Shown one piece after another: positions 50,290-63,600 of a stretch of 64,000 nt of DNA. This DNA is from Dudresnaya verticillata (taxonomy: Eukaryota). Below the pieces are notes generated by a model. That model ran no database searches. It saw only the letters and a program-made list of their open reading frames with translations, and was not told the origin of the DNA. The stretch spans positions 1,116,001 to 1,180,000 of the forward strand of contig OZ374562.1 in NCBI GenBank assembly GCA_977862235.1, read 5' to 3'. A program made the translations under genes and the position numbers. Within the stretch, counting starts at the first letter, position 1, and the number at the start of each line of letters is the position of its first letter.

Positions 50290-50839
50290 TACGAATCCGA
50301 CGGGAAAGGAATCGAAAGAAGGAAAGCTTTGGAAGGCAAGGAGAAAGCGCCCGTTGGCCAAGAAGACTGAAGGATCGATCCCAACAGGTCGAGGGCAAGC
50401 TTCATCGCGAGTTGTTGCTCACCCGGTTTTCTCAGCCGTTGATGGAAGACGGTGTTTCACACCCTACGCTAATGTACACCTACGTCTAGTTCTATAGTAC
50501 ACGAGCTACTGAGTCACCAACGCGGGAGGTGCGCCCGCACCCATACATTTGTCCACAAGTCCATATAGAGGCTACCCGTGGCCTCTCGCGGGGAGAATCT
50601 GGAAGCAGCACTCTCAACGGCTTGATATCGGGCTGTGCAAATGGGCCGCGCGGTGTGCGGCATGGCCGCTGTGCGCACCCGCTGCCTACATCAAGACAAT
50701 CTACGAAATAAACAAAAAACCAACGGGCTCGCTGCCCAAATACGACTCTTCCGCGGGCGTGGTTGCAAGCACCATGACATTGCACGGCTGTGCACCCCTT
50801 TACAGCCGCTGCTGATGGGGTGCTGTCAACTATATCACA
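50290..50839. mobile_element. Second, 5'-truncated diverged copy of the same LTR in tandem
   Basis: Aligns by eye with 49735-50287; ends TATCACA. Confidence 0.7.
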
Positions 50840-52984
50840 AAGCTTGTTAATATGTCAGCGCGATATGAAACCTTACCAGCTGTCGCCGAAGTCTGCGTCT
50901 AGTCCAATGATGGGGCTGTACTGATCACCCGGGGAGACGTGAGTGCATTAACAAAGCCGAGGTCAAGCAGCAGTCGGTGGCCGATTTGTCCCGAGATCTT
51001 CAGTGTAGGGGCACTCCCTATGTCTCGAGACTCCAAAAATGTAACGCGCGGCCTCTTCCGGGTGCTTTGCCATCGCCTGCACGGGGGCATCATGGCGGCT
51101 GGTACGGGGACGACCGTTAGGACAGATGATAGAATGATCCCCGAAGATGCCCATCTCCTCTCCACAGCCAAATGGGTCGAATTTCTCCTACATATTGTAC
51201 AGAGGGGCGGAAGGGTAAAATTTAAACGATGCCTTGAACGCGTGGGGGTAAGATAGATATTGTGTAGAACTGGAACACCTGAAAAGGTGTGCAGATGAGC
51301 CAGTCCATACCACCGGTGACTTCCATGTACTTGCGCAGCGCAACTGTTTGTATGTGCCCGGGGGAACCCTGGAGGACAGAACAATATGGGCTGCCGTAAT
51401 GAGTTTCTTCTGTGTCGGGGTCTATCCTTGAGACAACGGGTCTCCTGTTTTGTATCAACATGAGGTTCCTCCCATCTTCCAAAAGCATAAAAGTGTTCAA
51501 TGCAGGCGGCAAGCGGGCTTCGTGCAGATCCGAGGACCCGCGAGGCCTGCTGCCTTGTCCTTGCGACAGACGTCAGAAACGCACGTGGTGATAGGGTGCG
51601 GGCTGCTGATATTCATATCCCAACAACGGGGGCTGCTGTTCGGCGAACGTACTAGGAGCTTCAATTCTTCCGACATGATATCATACAAACTACCATCGAG
51701 CATGCCGCGAAATTCAGTAACACATTCTGACCTCTAAACGTGAGCATCCAGCTATAACGAGGCAGGTGGCAGGAATCGCACTAGATACATTACTGGAATA
51801 GTGCAATAGCACTATGGAAGTAGTGTGTACCCGTTGCGAACGTCTTTCCGGCCCTCGGTATCCTAAAATAGTTTCTATTTTCTCTGTACATCCTGTTAAA
51901 ATAAGTCACGAACAAAATCATCTGCAAAAGGAGGAGCTTTAAGAGCAGTGATGCCGTGTTCGCATTACTGTCTCATGTTGTCCGGTTAGAGGATTGAATC
52001 AGACCGGAACGGCGCTGCTAGTCATCATTCGCTGCATTTCAAGATGTTCAGGTCCAGTAACCTTGAACGTGCTTGGGCGGAGTCGAAATGGGCTAGCGCC
52101 TGCGTCAAGAGCCAACCACGAAACCGTCGTCAAGGTAAAATTCCAAGAGCATGAGAAATGCCCGTGCTGATGCCGTAATAGTTTCCACTAGGGATTAGTT
52201 GCCTCTGGATGGTGCCAGCTTGTTCGAGAGTGCTTGGAGTACCGCATGGAGTACAGTAGAGAGAAATACGTGATCTTAGGGGATCTCCCTGCTACACGCC
52301 GAGAAGGCTGAGAAGAAGGTACCTATCATAATTTACCATAGGTCAGTAGGTGCGGTTGGGTAACAGTACTCTACCCACGCAGCTAATAGAGGAACATTAG
52401 AAGTCGGTGAAGGCAACTGGGGTATTAAAGAAATTGATATCGGCGCTCAACAGGTTTGAAATTAAAAAGGGAGCCTCGCCATGGCCCTCGCGACACACAG
52501 AATGCTCCATCCGATTCGTTGCCTATTACAATCGCCGCCCTGCGGCGGGAGAGGGAGAGACATAATATTTTTATGGATGTTACGAAGATCGGCAATAGGA
52601 GAGAGAGGTCGGAATGCCTGCTGGCATTTAAAGTTCCCTGTTCTCGTGCCATTCCGGGAAAAATTACGCTTCATGTAATGTGAAATATAATCAAATCTTG
52701 CTTCTATTTTTCCGCTCTGTTGAAGTTTTGAACTGTAACTCTGGAGTTGTAAAAGAGAGATGCACTTCAGATTATCTCTACCGATCCAGAAAATTCTACT
52801 AATAACTCGATTTTTATACCACATGTACCGCGCGCATTGGGTAAATACATCAGTCTGAATGATTGGTATTTCGGCCTCTACAGACCAATCGCGAGAACGC
52901 TACTGGTTGAGTCTATTTCCAACCGATTGAGAATGCAGTGCTCCTTTGTCCTCTAGACGCCTTCCGTAGCACATCTATAGCGTG

Positions 52985-54248
52985 ATGGAGGTTGAGGACT
53001 CCAGCGATGACGAAAACGTTTCGTACATAATGGCTTCTGACATCGTGCTCGTTATCAAGAAGGAACAATCCTCATCACGACGCAGCGAGGAAACACTTGG
53101 AAAACGCCAGAGCAGGCGTCCCGAATTCGCAGTCGCACTGCACCGATTGAAGGGAGACTACTTCGGACCAAACACGAAGTTTAGCGAAGCGGACTTTGAA
53201 CGCAGAACCACATGCCACGCTGGGTCTTTGAGAAGATCTACTTTACAGTATATGGTAAATTCATCTTTATTGAACGATCTGAATGTACCAAGAAACTAAT
53301 TGTGTACCCCTGCTTACTTGTGACTGCATCGCTGTGAATAGTGGCGTATGGAGTGGCAGCAGATGCGCTCTATGAGTATCTGGAAATGTCAGAATACCCC
53401 GTGCTTCAATCGTTAAAGGCCTTCTGCAAATCTTTTCTAGCCTCGTTCGGGCAAGAATATCTCCGAGAGCCGAAGGAGGAAACCCAGAAGCGCATGATGT
53501 CTAGCAATATGGCCCGAACGTTTCCAGGCTGCATTGGATCAATCGATTATCAGCACTGAGAGTGAAACAACTGCGTAATCGAGCGGTCTGGGTCGTTCAA
53601 AGGTAAGAAGAAGAATCGAACCATTGCTCTCGAAGCAATTCATGGTGCAGAGCTTTGCATATGGCACTGACTCCTTGGGAGCCCGCGTTCATTGAGCAAC
53701 AGTAATGTTCTCGACCACCCATCTACAATTGAGCCATACTGGCCCGTGCCTTTCCTCCAAACATCCGATGCAACGTGAACGGTGTGGAACGGATCCTACC
53801 GTACTATCTTTCTGATAGTATCCCCAATTACGGGATCAGATTTGTGAAGACGATTCAGGACGACTACAGGAACAAGGAGAAGTAATTTGAAGCCGCTCAA
53901 GAGGCAGTGCGGAAGGACGTAGAGCGCGCCTTCGGTGTCCTGATAGCGCGTCTCCACGTTTTGCAACGCCCATTAAGATTTTGGTATCTAGGCGACATCA
54001 CGGCCAATATGAAGGTGTGCATTATTTTACATAACATGGTCGTTGACGACCGTCATGAAAATTACAGCAGTGATTTTGAATCGCTCAAGATGCACGATGA
54101 GGTACGTGCTATGATTGGAAACGTTTCTTTTGAGTACCAATCACGAAGCCCTTTGGAGGGACTGGGCACGGTAAGAACGGATGTGATATGGTGTGCGGCG
54201 ATAGATAGAAGGGAGGCGAGGATAAAAAGTGCTTTAATTAAAAAGTGA
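52985..54248 (+). pseudogene. Second PIF/Harbinger transposase (stops and frameshifts)
   Basis: DYFGPNTKFSEADFERR, AYGVAADALYEYLEMSE, FPGCIGSIDYQH, TIALEAI, YYLSD, RKDVERAFGVL, CIILHNMVV. TIRs not identified. Confidence 0.9.
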
Positions 54249-55323
54249 ACTTGAAATGCCCATGAATGACTAGATGTAAACATTACTGAAAAGTTTTATT
54301 TCTTGTTCTTTTGGGGAGATTTGTCCTGGGGATGGCTATATATACTGGCTTGAGGTAGCTAAAGGTCTTTTCCAGTAAAACGTTCAAGTTCAGTCTTTGG
54401 TGGTGAATTGATTATGAATGCATTCAGTTCCCGCAATGTGCATTGCACTCGATTATCGAAGCTGCTCATCAATATTCTCTTGGATTGCTTGTATTTCCTC
54501 TTTATTCGATTCACTACTAATCTGAATTCAGTTAACGATCGCATAGTTTGAACACCACAAGTTAAACAAGTAGACCATATGTCCCCCAAACATCACCTCA
54601 TAGAGCATATTTGGTGTGTCAGAGGGGAGGCCGTCTTTTACGTAAATTATTGCCCGAAGAAAAACTTCTACTCTCGGTGCGAAGCTCCGCTGAAGAGGGG
54701 AGTCTGAGAGGAACCCCGGCGTGCTGAGACGAGACATTCAAGCGCCTTTTTCTCTTTCAAATCAATACGGCACGCTCAGAGCTCCTCAGAAAGTCGAAGC
54801 AGCCTCTGCGGACAACTCCCCGAGTCTATATCAGCTGTCTCGACGGGCTATGGCAGCTCAGAACCCGCCGCAATGCTTGCTGGTGTAAACCGTGATAGCA
54901 CGCGCCGTGATGGCCATCGCATTAAAGTATACTAATGTGCCCGAACTTGCTGACGCCTCCGTGTTTCCGTTACTTCTTTCCCGAACGACTGCGAAGCCCA
55001 CGATGCGGTGAGCCGCCGTGTTGGTTTCTGGCGTGATGCGTAGCCGACACCATATGTGAGGTGACCGCTTATAAGCTTCAAGGCAGTTCCGTAGTAGCTG
55101 TGTACGAGCCGTTTCTCGAGTTGACGCGCATTCCTACACGTGTAAATACTTATTATATGTCGATCGCCGAGGGGTCCCGGCATGCACCCAGCGCCTGGGC
55201 CTCGGAGTCGTTGGTAAAATATTTTTCTTCGTATCTCGGTGTCTTCGAGTCCGTGTTTACGGATACGGTTCAGTCTCCCTTTCGATAGCCCCGCGCACCC
55301 GGATAATCCCCGGCAATCGTTGC

Positions 55324-55650
55324 TGCTGTGCGCAGACGACGGAAAGGCCTTGTAGAAAATTGGGATAAACGATTTCATTCGGACACCTCCTCATCGTAGA
55401 GAATCGCGAGAGGCTCGGCTTTTATACTAATAGATGTTCTAGATAACTCTACCTCTTTTCTCTAAAGACGTGCAGTATTGTAAGCGCTTACTCAAAATGC
55501 ATCACTAGAAATTACGGTCCTATTGGACGCCCGCGGGTTTGTAAAAAGAACATACCATCATGAAATTCTGTGGGGACTACCAAAATACTTCTTGACGATT
55601 TAATGCTAACGCCCTCATCATGTAACTAGAGACACGAGCATATTTGAACA
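55324..55650 (-). repeat. Copia 3' LTR
   Basis: TG...CA; homolog of 59359-59684; preceded on the minus strand by PPT CAAAAGGGGG (55660-55651). Confidence 0.92.
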
Positions 55651-58600
55651 CCCCCTTTTGCTCTTCGTGTCGTTCGTCAATTCCAATGCTCCGATACCAA
55701 GACCAGTACGATGCTGCTCAAACTTGACTCGTTATCATCTGATCGGTAGGACAATACCTGATTGAAACAGATTTCTTCTGAACTTGTTCAAGCACGAAGT
55801 TACGCCTAATTGACACGTGTTTTACATTTCGAACCTCGTCAGTCGCACAAACGATTGCGCCTTGATTATCTTCGTTGATATTTGTGGGTGAGGAGACTCT
55901 TCGTCAAAGTCAACCAAAAGAGCCCGAAGAAAACCTGAATTAGTGTGCCAGTTGCTGATTTGCGGTCGGAAGTATCTCCAGCTCAGTCAGAGTCGTAACA
56001 TTAACCTTTACTTATCTTGAGAAATCCATGCCCCCTCTGAATTGCGCAAAAATAGAATACCTCAAAACTGATGAATGTTTCCCAAGTCCTTCATATCCAT
56101 CCTTTGCATCAGCATTCCCTTGACAATCTCTATATTTCTATATATATTATTCAAAAAAGGTTCCATAAGAATGGCGTCACTAGCGTGCAGCAAGCCCACA
56201 CAGAATCCAATTTAAAGATGGTCTGCAGAGAGGCCACGGAATCCGAGGGTATCCATAGTCTGCTTCCACCTGTTAAACAAAAGCCTGGGGACCTGTTTCA
56301 GACCGTGTATATCCTTTCTCAGACGCAACGCATTTTCCTTCAGCGATCTTGATTCCGGTACCTGAAGGGGCAGCATATATTCTTCATCGTCAATTTCTCC
56401 ATGCAAAGATGCAGTTCGTACATCCATCTGATGTATTTGATGTTTCCTTTTGCCACCGATTCTCAGACCAGTACGTACAGTTGTGAAATGGCCAACCAGT
56501 GAATACGCCTTTGGAGCGAACCCTTCCGCGCATCCCCGTACAACGAGACGAGCCTTAAATCGAGCTGCAGAGCCATCTGCTCCTCGTTTCTTGCACAGTA
56601 CGAATCGCGATGATAAAGGCTTAATGATCTTTGGTACGGATACTTCTTCCCACGTTTGGAGTTCGTAGAGGGACTGAATCTCAGAATCTATTGCATTTTC
56701 CCATTCAAGACGCTCAGAGGAGCAGAACGCTTCCTAAACAGTTGGTTCGTCAGAACTAGCAGCCAAGAAAGCACTTCTGGATACGTATGACTGTGTTTTG
56801 AGACGCTTACGTGCTGGATATATTCTCGATTCCTCATTTTGCGTTTGTTTTTCTTTTCTGTCCTTATCCTCATCATTTCCACTTATATCGCGATGGGGGT
56901 TTCCTTCTGCACTTCTTGCTTCGTCCAACAATTTTCATGAACACCTAAGGTCCTCCATCCTATGCATTGACGGGTTTTCTGGGCTGTATGTCAGTAATTC
57001 AGGGGCCTCTTCATTATCCAGACTTTTCAGCCGGTTCCGGATCCGCGTCAGATACTGTGTCATCATTTCTATATTCCATGCCTCTGTCGGAAACTCATTC
57101 TCAAAACGTTTCACGTGTGTAGAAATAATGATTCCTTCTCGCTCGCTGATCCATACCTTAAATGTTCCATTCTCAAAGCACCCGATTATAACTCCCTTGA
57201 TGCTTTTCTCATCCACCTTCCTTCGCTTTTCCTTTGCAGTATGTGTCCTTACGGTACTTGGAAACATGCTTATATGTTCTATGCATGGCTGTTCGCCTGA
57301 AAGAAGTTCATATTGCCTCTTTGAGGTGTCGATGGGATATAGAAAACGATTTCGTAGGCCTGCAGCATGCGCCATTGCCTCAGCTCAAGATTGCTTAGGC
57401 ATTTTTGCATCGTGTATCATAGTTCTAGCGGATTCCGCAAGCGTCCTATTCCCTTGTTCTGCTAATTCGTTCATTTATGGCGTGTACGGTGGGTGGTCGT
57501 GGCGCTCTATTCCTTGCTACGTGAGGTAGTTGTCAATTCCATCATATTATCCTCCTCCGACTCAATGCACCCTCTTGATCTTGTGCTCATATTTTCTCTC
57601 AAACCAAGCTTGAACTTGAAACTTGCTGACTATCTGGATGAAATCACTTTTCCTTGCTATTAGCTCCACAATTATTTATCTATAATGTTCGTCCATGAAG
57701 GTAACTAAGTAAAGTGAATCACCCCAGGACTTAATATAGATCTTTCCCAATACATCACTGCGAATCACTTCTCCGCGTTGCGACGCTCTAACCGTCTTTT
57801 TGTACATCGTGCACCATGATGGTCCCTGTGCTATACTTTCCCATCATACAACGAGGGCAATTGATACCACTTTTCGCAGGCTTGTGAAGATCCGATCTAA
57901 AAATTGAGGCCTTCTTAGCAAGATCCGTAATGCTTCTAATGTTACCTTCTGCAATCCGGGCATACCAGAGGGACTCACCTTTGGACACAGAACGAAGAGC
58001 GTATTGTTTTGTACTTCCCTTTGCAATACAATTGATATAGTAGACAACATGTTTCATCCTTCCTTGGATCATTAGCTCCCCACTAAGGGTAGCTGTGCAC
58101 CTTGCTCCGTTGAATTCAATTATGAAGCCTTTCTCGCAAAGCGCCGATCACGACAGAAGACTAGCTTGAAGCTCTGGAATCAGCAACACATCGTGAAGAT
58201 GGAAGGTTTTCTGAACGACATACCCACCTTCATTGATCGAAATATGATAGTCATTTTTCCTAGATAAAGAGCCGCTACAGTGTCTCCATTGCAGAGCACC
58301 TTGTCCTGTGCTGCTATCTCTTCTAATCTATAGATCCATTCAGCACACGCTACCATGCCATCAGATGCCCCAAAGTCCAGAAGTATATCCCCAGCGTCAC
58401 CAGTTCCCGTACTGACCATCATCATCGTTGCATGGTTTGCAATACCTGTGCGGCTATTTTGCTCATGCTTTATACCAGTGTGGCGTTCATCAGGACAGTT
58501 TCGGGATAAGTGCCCAGTCTTTCCACACCCATAACAGGTCGTTATGTCTTTTCCTTTCGAAATCTTCGATGAATGCTATCAACTGTTCGATATCCACTCT

Positions 58601-59344
58601 CAGCTGTCAAAGCAGAGGATATTGACGAGATATTTTTCTTCGGGGGGATCCGTGAGACGTATCACCAACTTCTTCATCTTCTTGCAATAGGCGGGTAGTA
58701 GCCAGCTCCCAAGATACGTCTTATTCCTTTGGCTGTGTCTATGCTATTGCGGGACCAAAAGCAGAGCTATTCTTATTCCCAAACGAAGCGAGAAACATTG
58801 AAACCTGTATATTCTCATCCACGGCACTGTCCATTGCTGCTAAGAAATTTAAAAGCTCCTCCCATTCAGTGACGTAGTCCACCATAACTTGATCTATCTA
58901 TGACATTCGCACAAGCTTCGCCTGCAATTGTACCTTAGACGCAATATTAACAACAGTATATCAAGCATCAGGGCGTTTCCATATCTGGAAAGGATCAGAC
59001 TTCACCGATATACTAAGACGCATCAGCTTTAGGCCAAGTCCCTGCATAATCGTAACGCGGGTTTTTGCAGTCTTGAGCCTCACTTCCGGAGCTAGCTCCT
59101 TACCTTGCCCCGAAGATCAGCGCGGACAACTTCCAGAACTTCTTTAGCTTCAAGCGCAGCCTCTGCGAGAGACTGCCAAACACGGAAATATTATGCGGTA
59201 TCCCCTTCGAACTTGAAAGTTCTCTTGCCGTCCTCCATGACAGATGATTGCTACCAAATCCCGGCACAAGAGACATGGTAGGTACTAACAGTTTTCAGAA
59301 AGAAAATGTAGAAGGGAAATTGGTATTGGAAGAGAGGACGCAAT

Positions 59345-59358
59345 CTGGGCCCATAATC
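59345..59358 (-). other. Copia PBS GATTATGGGCCCAG (internal initiator-tRNA-Met type)
   Basis: Abuts the 5' LTR; one mismatch from the GGTTATGGGCCCAG PBS of copia-like elements. Confidence 0.85.
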
Positions 59359-59684
59359 TGTTGCGTGCAGAGAACGCAAATGGCTTGTAGACAATTGGGA
59401 TAAACGGTTTCATGCGGATACCTCCTCATCGTAGAGAAAGGCGAGAGGCTTGGCTTTTATACTCATAGATGTTCTAGATAACTCTATCTCTTTTCTCTAA
59501 AGACGTGCAGTATTGTAAGCGCTTACTGAAAATGCATCACTAGAAATTACGGTCCCATTGGACGCCCGCGGGATTGTAAATAGAAAATATCATCACGAAA
59601 TCCTGTGAGGACTTTAAAGTACTTCTTGACGATTCCGTGCTACCGCCGTCAAAATGGAACGAGAGATACGGGCCTATTTCAACA
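59359..59684 (-). repeat. Copia 5' LTR
   Basis: TGTTG...CAACA; homolog of 55324-55650. Confidence 0.92.
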
Positions 59685-59689
59685 GTTAC

Positions 59690-62600
59690 GTTGCAGTTAT
59701 CCCTTCGGCACACGAACGCTTTGACACCGTGGTCGTTGGCGGCGGTCTCCAAGCTCTACGATGCCACCGCCCTATTCTATTCATACGTGATTTTATTTAC
59801 AGCTAGGAAGCCTCCCTGTGTCTCAGTGTAGTACGCCATACCACAGTGCCCTGTCAAATTGAGCTAATCTGAGCAGGAAGGAGATGTAAGACGGCTTGTA
59901 CATGGACAGCAGATTTTTTCGTGCACTCTTGCGGAAGTATGCGGAAGGAGGAAGTGTTCGGGCGGTTGTCTGTTGCACCACTCTCCTGCTAAGGAACACG
60001 GATTTGCCATTTGGGTTGGCGGTACAGTACCTTACATGCCTTGCTGGTCTGCAATCGTGAAGGTATTGCCATAAAGGCTTCTCACGTAACATGTAATCAC
60101 TGACGCACACGACCGTGTGATTACCGCGATGGAGAAAGGCGATAAAACTGAGAGGGAACAAGTGACTCGTCGACAAGATGACGCGGATTTATGCTCCTGT
60201 TTCTATGAAGACTGTTCGTTAGCGCATCAGCTTATTGATGTACTACTATCGACTACTTATCCCATTGTGGCCGAATAAGTTCGAGGTCTACCGCTGTCAG
60301 AGTAGAATAACTTTGTGAACGTGGAACTAATCGCTCAAGCAGAAGGTACGACATTCCAAGCTCATGAAAAACGCGATACAGGGTCTCAATAATCTTATGT
60401 ATCGAAGAACCGAGTGTCTACCACGTACCCGAATATTTGTCAAGCGCCCGGATGCACAACGCTCATCGCATTTCCGGATACTCCTGGAGAGTGGGATCGG
60501 GTATCCAATGGGCGAAGACCCGCCGGTAGCCGGGGTATTGGTTAGCATGGGACCCGGTTCCGCGTCTGTAACACCGATGGCATCTACAACAGTATCCGTG
60601 GACAATACGTTGGATCTCACGCGTCGCATCGAGCGTTTCGAACCCGATTGTGTCCCACCAATGACCCGGGAGCAAATCGAGACGGTGCGTTCGAAGATGC
60701 CAAAGAATCATGACGCATTGCTGTGTTGGTTCTGTCGCTAAATCGGTCATCTCATGTATTTGGGTCCGTATCTCACGAAGGAGCAGCAGCTCTAATGCGC
60801 GTACCAGAATTATCTGTACCAACTCGAGAGGAGACAATATACGCGTAACAACTTCGTGAATCGCAGTGCTGCAAGAGGGAATTCCTCCACATTCGTTGAT
60901 AACCTAGGTGACCGTGGACAGGAAAACCGAGGACCGCGTGACAATCGCGTTAATCGAGACCTTCATCAAGGGTACATACGCTCCCCGAGGGACGGAGCCC
61001 ATCATCAAGTCAGCTTCGGACTTCGAGGCCCAACGACCGTCCTCCGCAAGCCGAGACACGCGCAGGTCCCAGGGCGCGACCTGGTTCTCGCGGTCCGTTA
61101 AACCGTTCACATGAGGGAGGCGAGTCACCCTAATCATTCCCTTGGAGGCTTACGAAGACTCCGTTAATATCGGAAGAGGTAACGAATCGACCCCACCTTT
61201 GGACGGGTATGCTCTTATTTAGGACTTTAGCCCGAGTTTGGCAAACTAGTAAAGGCAAGGACGAGCGTTGTGTCACGTACTTCTTCTGGTCCTGTTCACT
61301 GAGACACTTCTCGTATTACGATTCCGAACGCCACTACGATGGAAAGGAGGCGCACCACGCCACATAATTCCCTTAGGGATTATTCCGAGCACCTTATCAT
61401 ATGGAGGCTGCGACTAGCCGAGTTCGACTTCGAAATCGTGTATCGGCCCGGACACCTACATCAGATTCCCGATGCCCAATATAGGTTGCTACTACCGTAT
61501 CGGGAACAGACCGAAATTGATGACGACGTTCGAACGTCTGCCCCGGATCGCGTACAAGCAAAGATGGAGAAATGTTTAAGATGTGACATCGTGAAAAATT
61601 GAGAAAGAAAGAGGCCCCGTTCTCATAACTACGTGAGCCCGAAAACGCCAATCGAAGGTCACCGCGATTCGCCACGAGTCAACGCGGAAGATCACTCCCG
61701 CTAAGAGAGAAGATCGCGGAGCAACTACAAACCGACCCACGGAGGTCCCAAAAGGGTTACAAAAACCCACATCACACGTGTCACGAAGGCTGCGAGCACC
61801 ACTTGACGAGGGACTACGCGAGGACTACGAGGGGCAATCCAATGTCTACGATGGTATGGAATGATATTGACGACGATGATTCATTTGATATCTATCGAAT
61901 TGATCCCACCGAAGAACCGAGTGACCTCACTGACGTGAAAACCATGGACCTGCACACCCGATTACCGTATCCGAAAGCCTCGAAGCAAAACGTATTGATT
62001 CGTTCTGCAAGGAGATGCAAGCGAGACAATCGAAAACGAAGTAAATATCTTTCACGAAGATGGAAATGGTGTTCTGCGACGGACGCATAAGACGATTTCG
62101 AATCTACCCGTTGGCATAGCGTCAATGCCAGTCCTGCCACGCATATAAAGCTGTAACGCTGTAGGATGAGCCTCGCCACGTGAATCACGCTCTGCGCACG
62201 GTGTCAGCCGGTGGTGTCGAAGCCCAATTGAAGCCATAATAAAGTGCGGTGTGGCATCCACGCGTACGTGTGTGAAACAGATACTCCTGGGCAAGTTCTA
62301 CACATGTTTTTTCGTGTACTGTGTAGTATAACTTAAGCGGCGGTCGAAGGCCCTGCTGTCCCGCACGGCGCGCTGCACACGGCGCACGGTGCACGCGCAC
62401 TCCAGCATCGCGCCGTTGCGTGCGCGACGAACCGTTACACCTGCGCGCGCCTCCGGTAGTCTTTACCCGTACTCGTTGACACGTGTTAGGGCACACCGGC
62501 GCACCTCCGGGTTTGATGCTGCCGTGGGCTGTAGCTAGCCTGTTTAAAGATTGTCGCCACTCATGGCTGAGTAGAGAAAATAAGCAACTCCCCACGCTGG

Positions 62601-63600
62601 AGCTTGCAACCTTTCTCTCGGGTTCGGTCTCTGTCCCTTTCCCTACGTATTTCCTCTTTTCCCTAGCCATCGAGGATCTCCTTTTTGTTTTCTATCGCCG
62701 GCTTTGTGCCGCCGCACGATGAAGACGCTGGGATCCCCCATGACGGATCTGGGAGTGACTGTAGACCAGCCGGCATGTATGTCTAGTTCGAACTGACATC
62801 TGTGCCACATAACGCAAATCGTACTGGCCGAGACGCTACGACCCTGCTTGCTCACACTGGTGCATGATTTGTTACTCGCTGGCTACCGGGGCCAAACATT
62901 TATGTTCTACTCGCTTCTGAAAAGGTACTACTGGCCTTGCAAGGCCGCCCATATAGCTTCTACCATTCGTCACTTCAAGTACTGTGCGAGGAAGCGAATA
63001 TGTTTGCGAAGGAATACTCATCGGTTAAAGCTCTTCCCCGCTATATGTCCTCCCGAATCGGTCTTCATGGACATTTTAGGCCCGCTACCAAGAATTAACT
63101 CTGGATACCGGTTTCTCCTCGTCATTACGCATCTATTTCCGAAGTTTACCTTGGTTTCCACGCTGAGACGATTACCGTGTATCACGTCGCCGTGGCGTTT
63201 TGCGAGGTTTGGATATTAAAGTACGGACCGCCAGCCTCTGTGCTCTCTCATAACGGGAAACATTGTACTTCTAAGTTCTTTCATGGTACCTGTCAACTAC
63301 TCGGGTTACCGAACACATTTAACTCTACGCACAATCCCCAGACGAACGGGAAAGTGGAACGCTACAACCGGAATATCCTCGCGATGCTCCGTAACTACTT
63401 CAACGAACATCGAAACGATTGGGACCGGTGTTCCTCAGCGTTACCATATTCGTACAATTGCCAAATTCATCGCTCTACGAAGACCACTCCGTTCATTCTC
63501 GTTTTTGTCGTGACCACCAATCGAGTTCACCAGGAAGCATCACTCCCGGAAGAATCGACCGAAACGAAAGGAGCATATTCCAAATGACTTCATTAAGGTG
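59690..63600 (+). mobile_element. Decayed Gypsy retrotransposon (gag, RNase H end, integrase; protease/RT apparently deleted), host of the Copia and a solo LTR
   Basis: gag knuckle CWFCR*IGHLMYLGPYL (about 60720-60775); WRLRLAEFDFEIVYRPG; integrase zinc-finger relic (RYYWP...CARKR), MDILGPLP, SHNGKHCTSKFF and HNPQTNGKVERYN. Its 5' part continues at about 55150-55323. Confidence 0.85.
62160..62809 (+). mobile_element. Solo LTR (family 2) inside the Gypsy pol
   Basis: TG...GCCACA; homolog of the reverse complement of 35511-36280; flanked by identical TAACGC (62154-62159 and 62810-62815). Confidence 0.88.

Larger units (their letters stand above)
49200..52700 (-). mobile_element. Decayed CRE-like (restriction-like endonuclease) non-LTR retrotransposon, interrupted by LTR pieces
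   Basis: GV*QGDP RT motif at about 52300-52280, GGMDWLICTP, and the zinc-finger pattern CTIC...GIFGDHSIICPNGRPRTSRHD (51210-51090). A C-terminal piece continues below 49519. Confidence 0.65.
55324..59684 (-). mobile_element. Full-length decayed Ty1/Copia LTR retrotransposon
   Basis: LTRs at 55324-55650 and 59359-59684; TSD GTTGC/GTTAC; PBS and PPT present. Order is protease (ILLDFGASDGM), integrase, RT (FKARLV, MDVRTASLHGEID, HGLKQVPR), RNase H. Confidence 0.93.

Noticed and set aside
52820..54930. TIRs and a Myb-like ORF for the second Harbinger transposase
   Set aside because: No convincing inverted pair or TSD was found by eye.
56798..57529. 243-aa + strand ORF
   Set aside because: Antisense shadow of the Copia integrase region.
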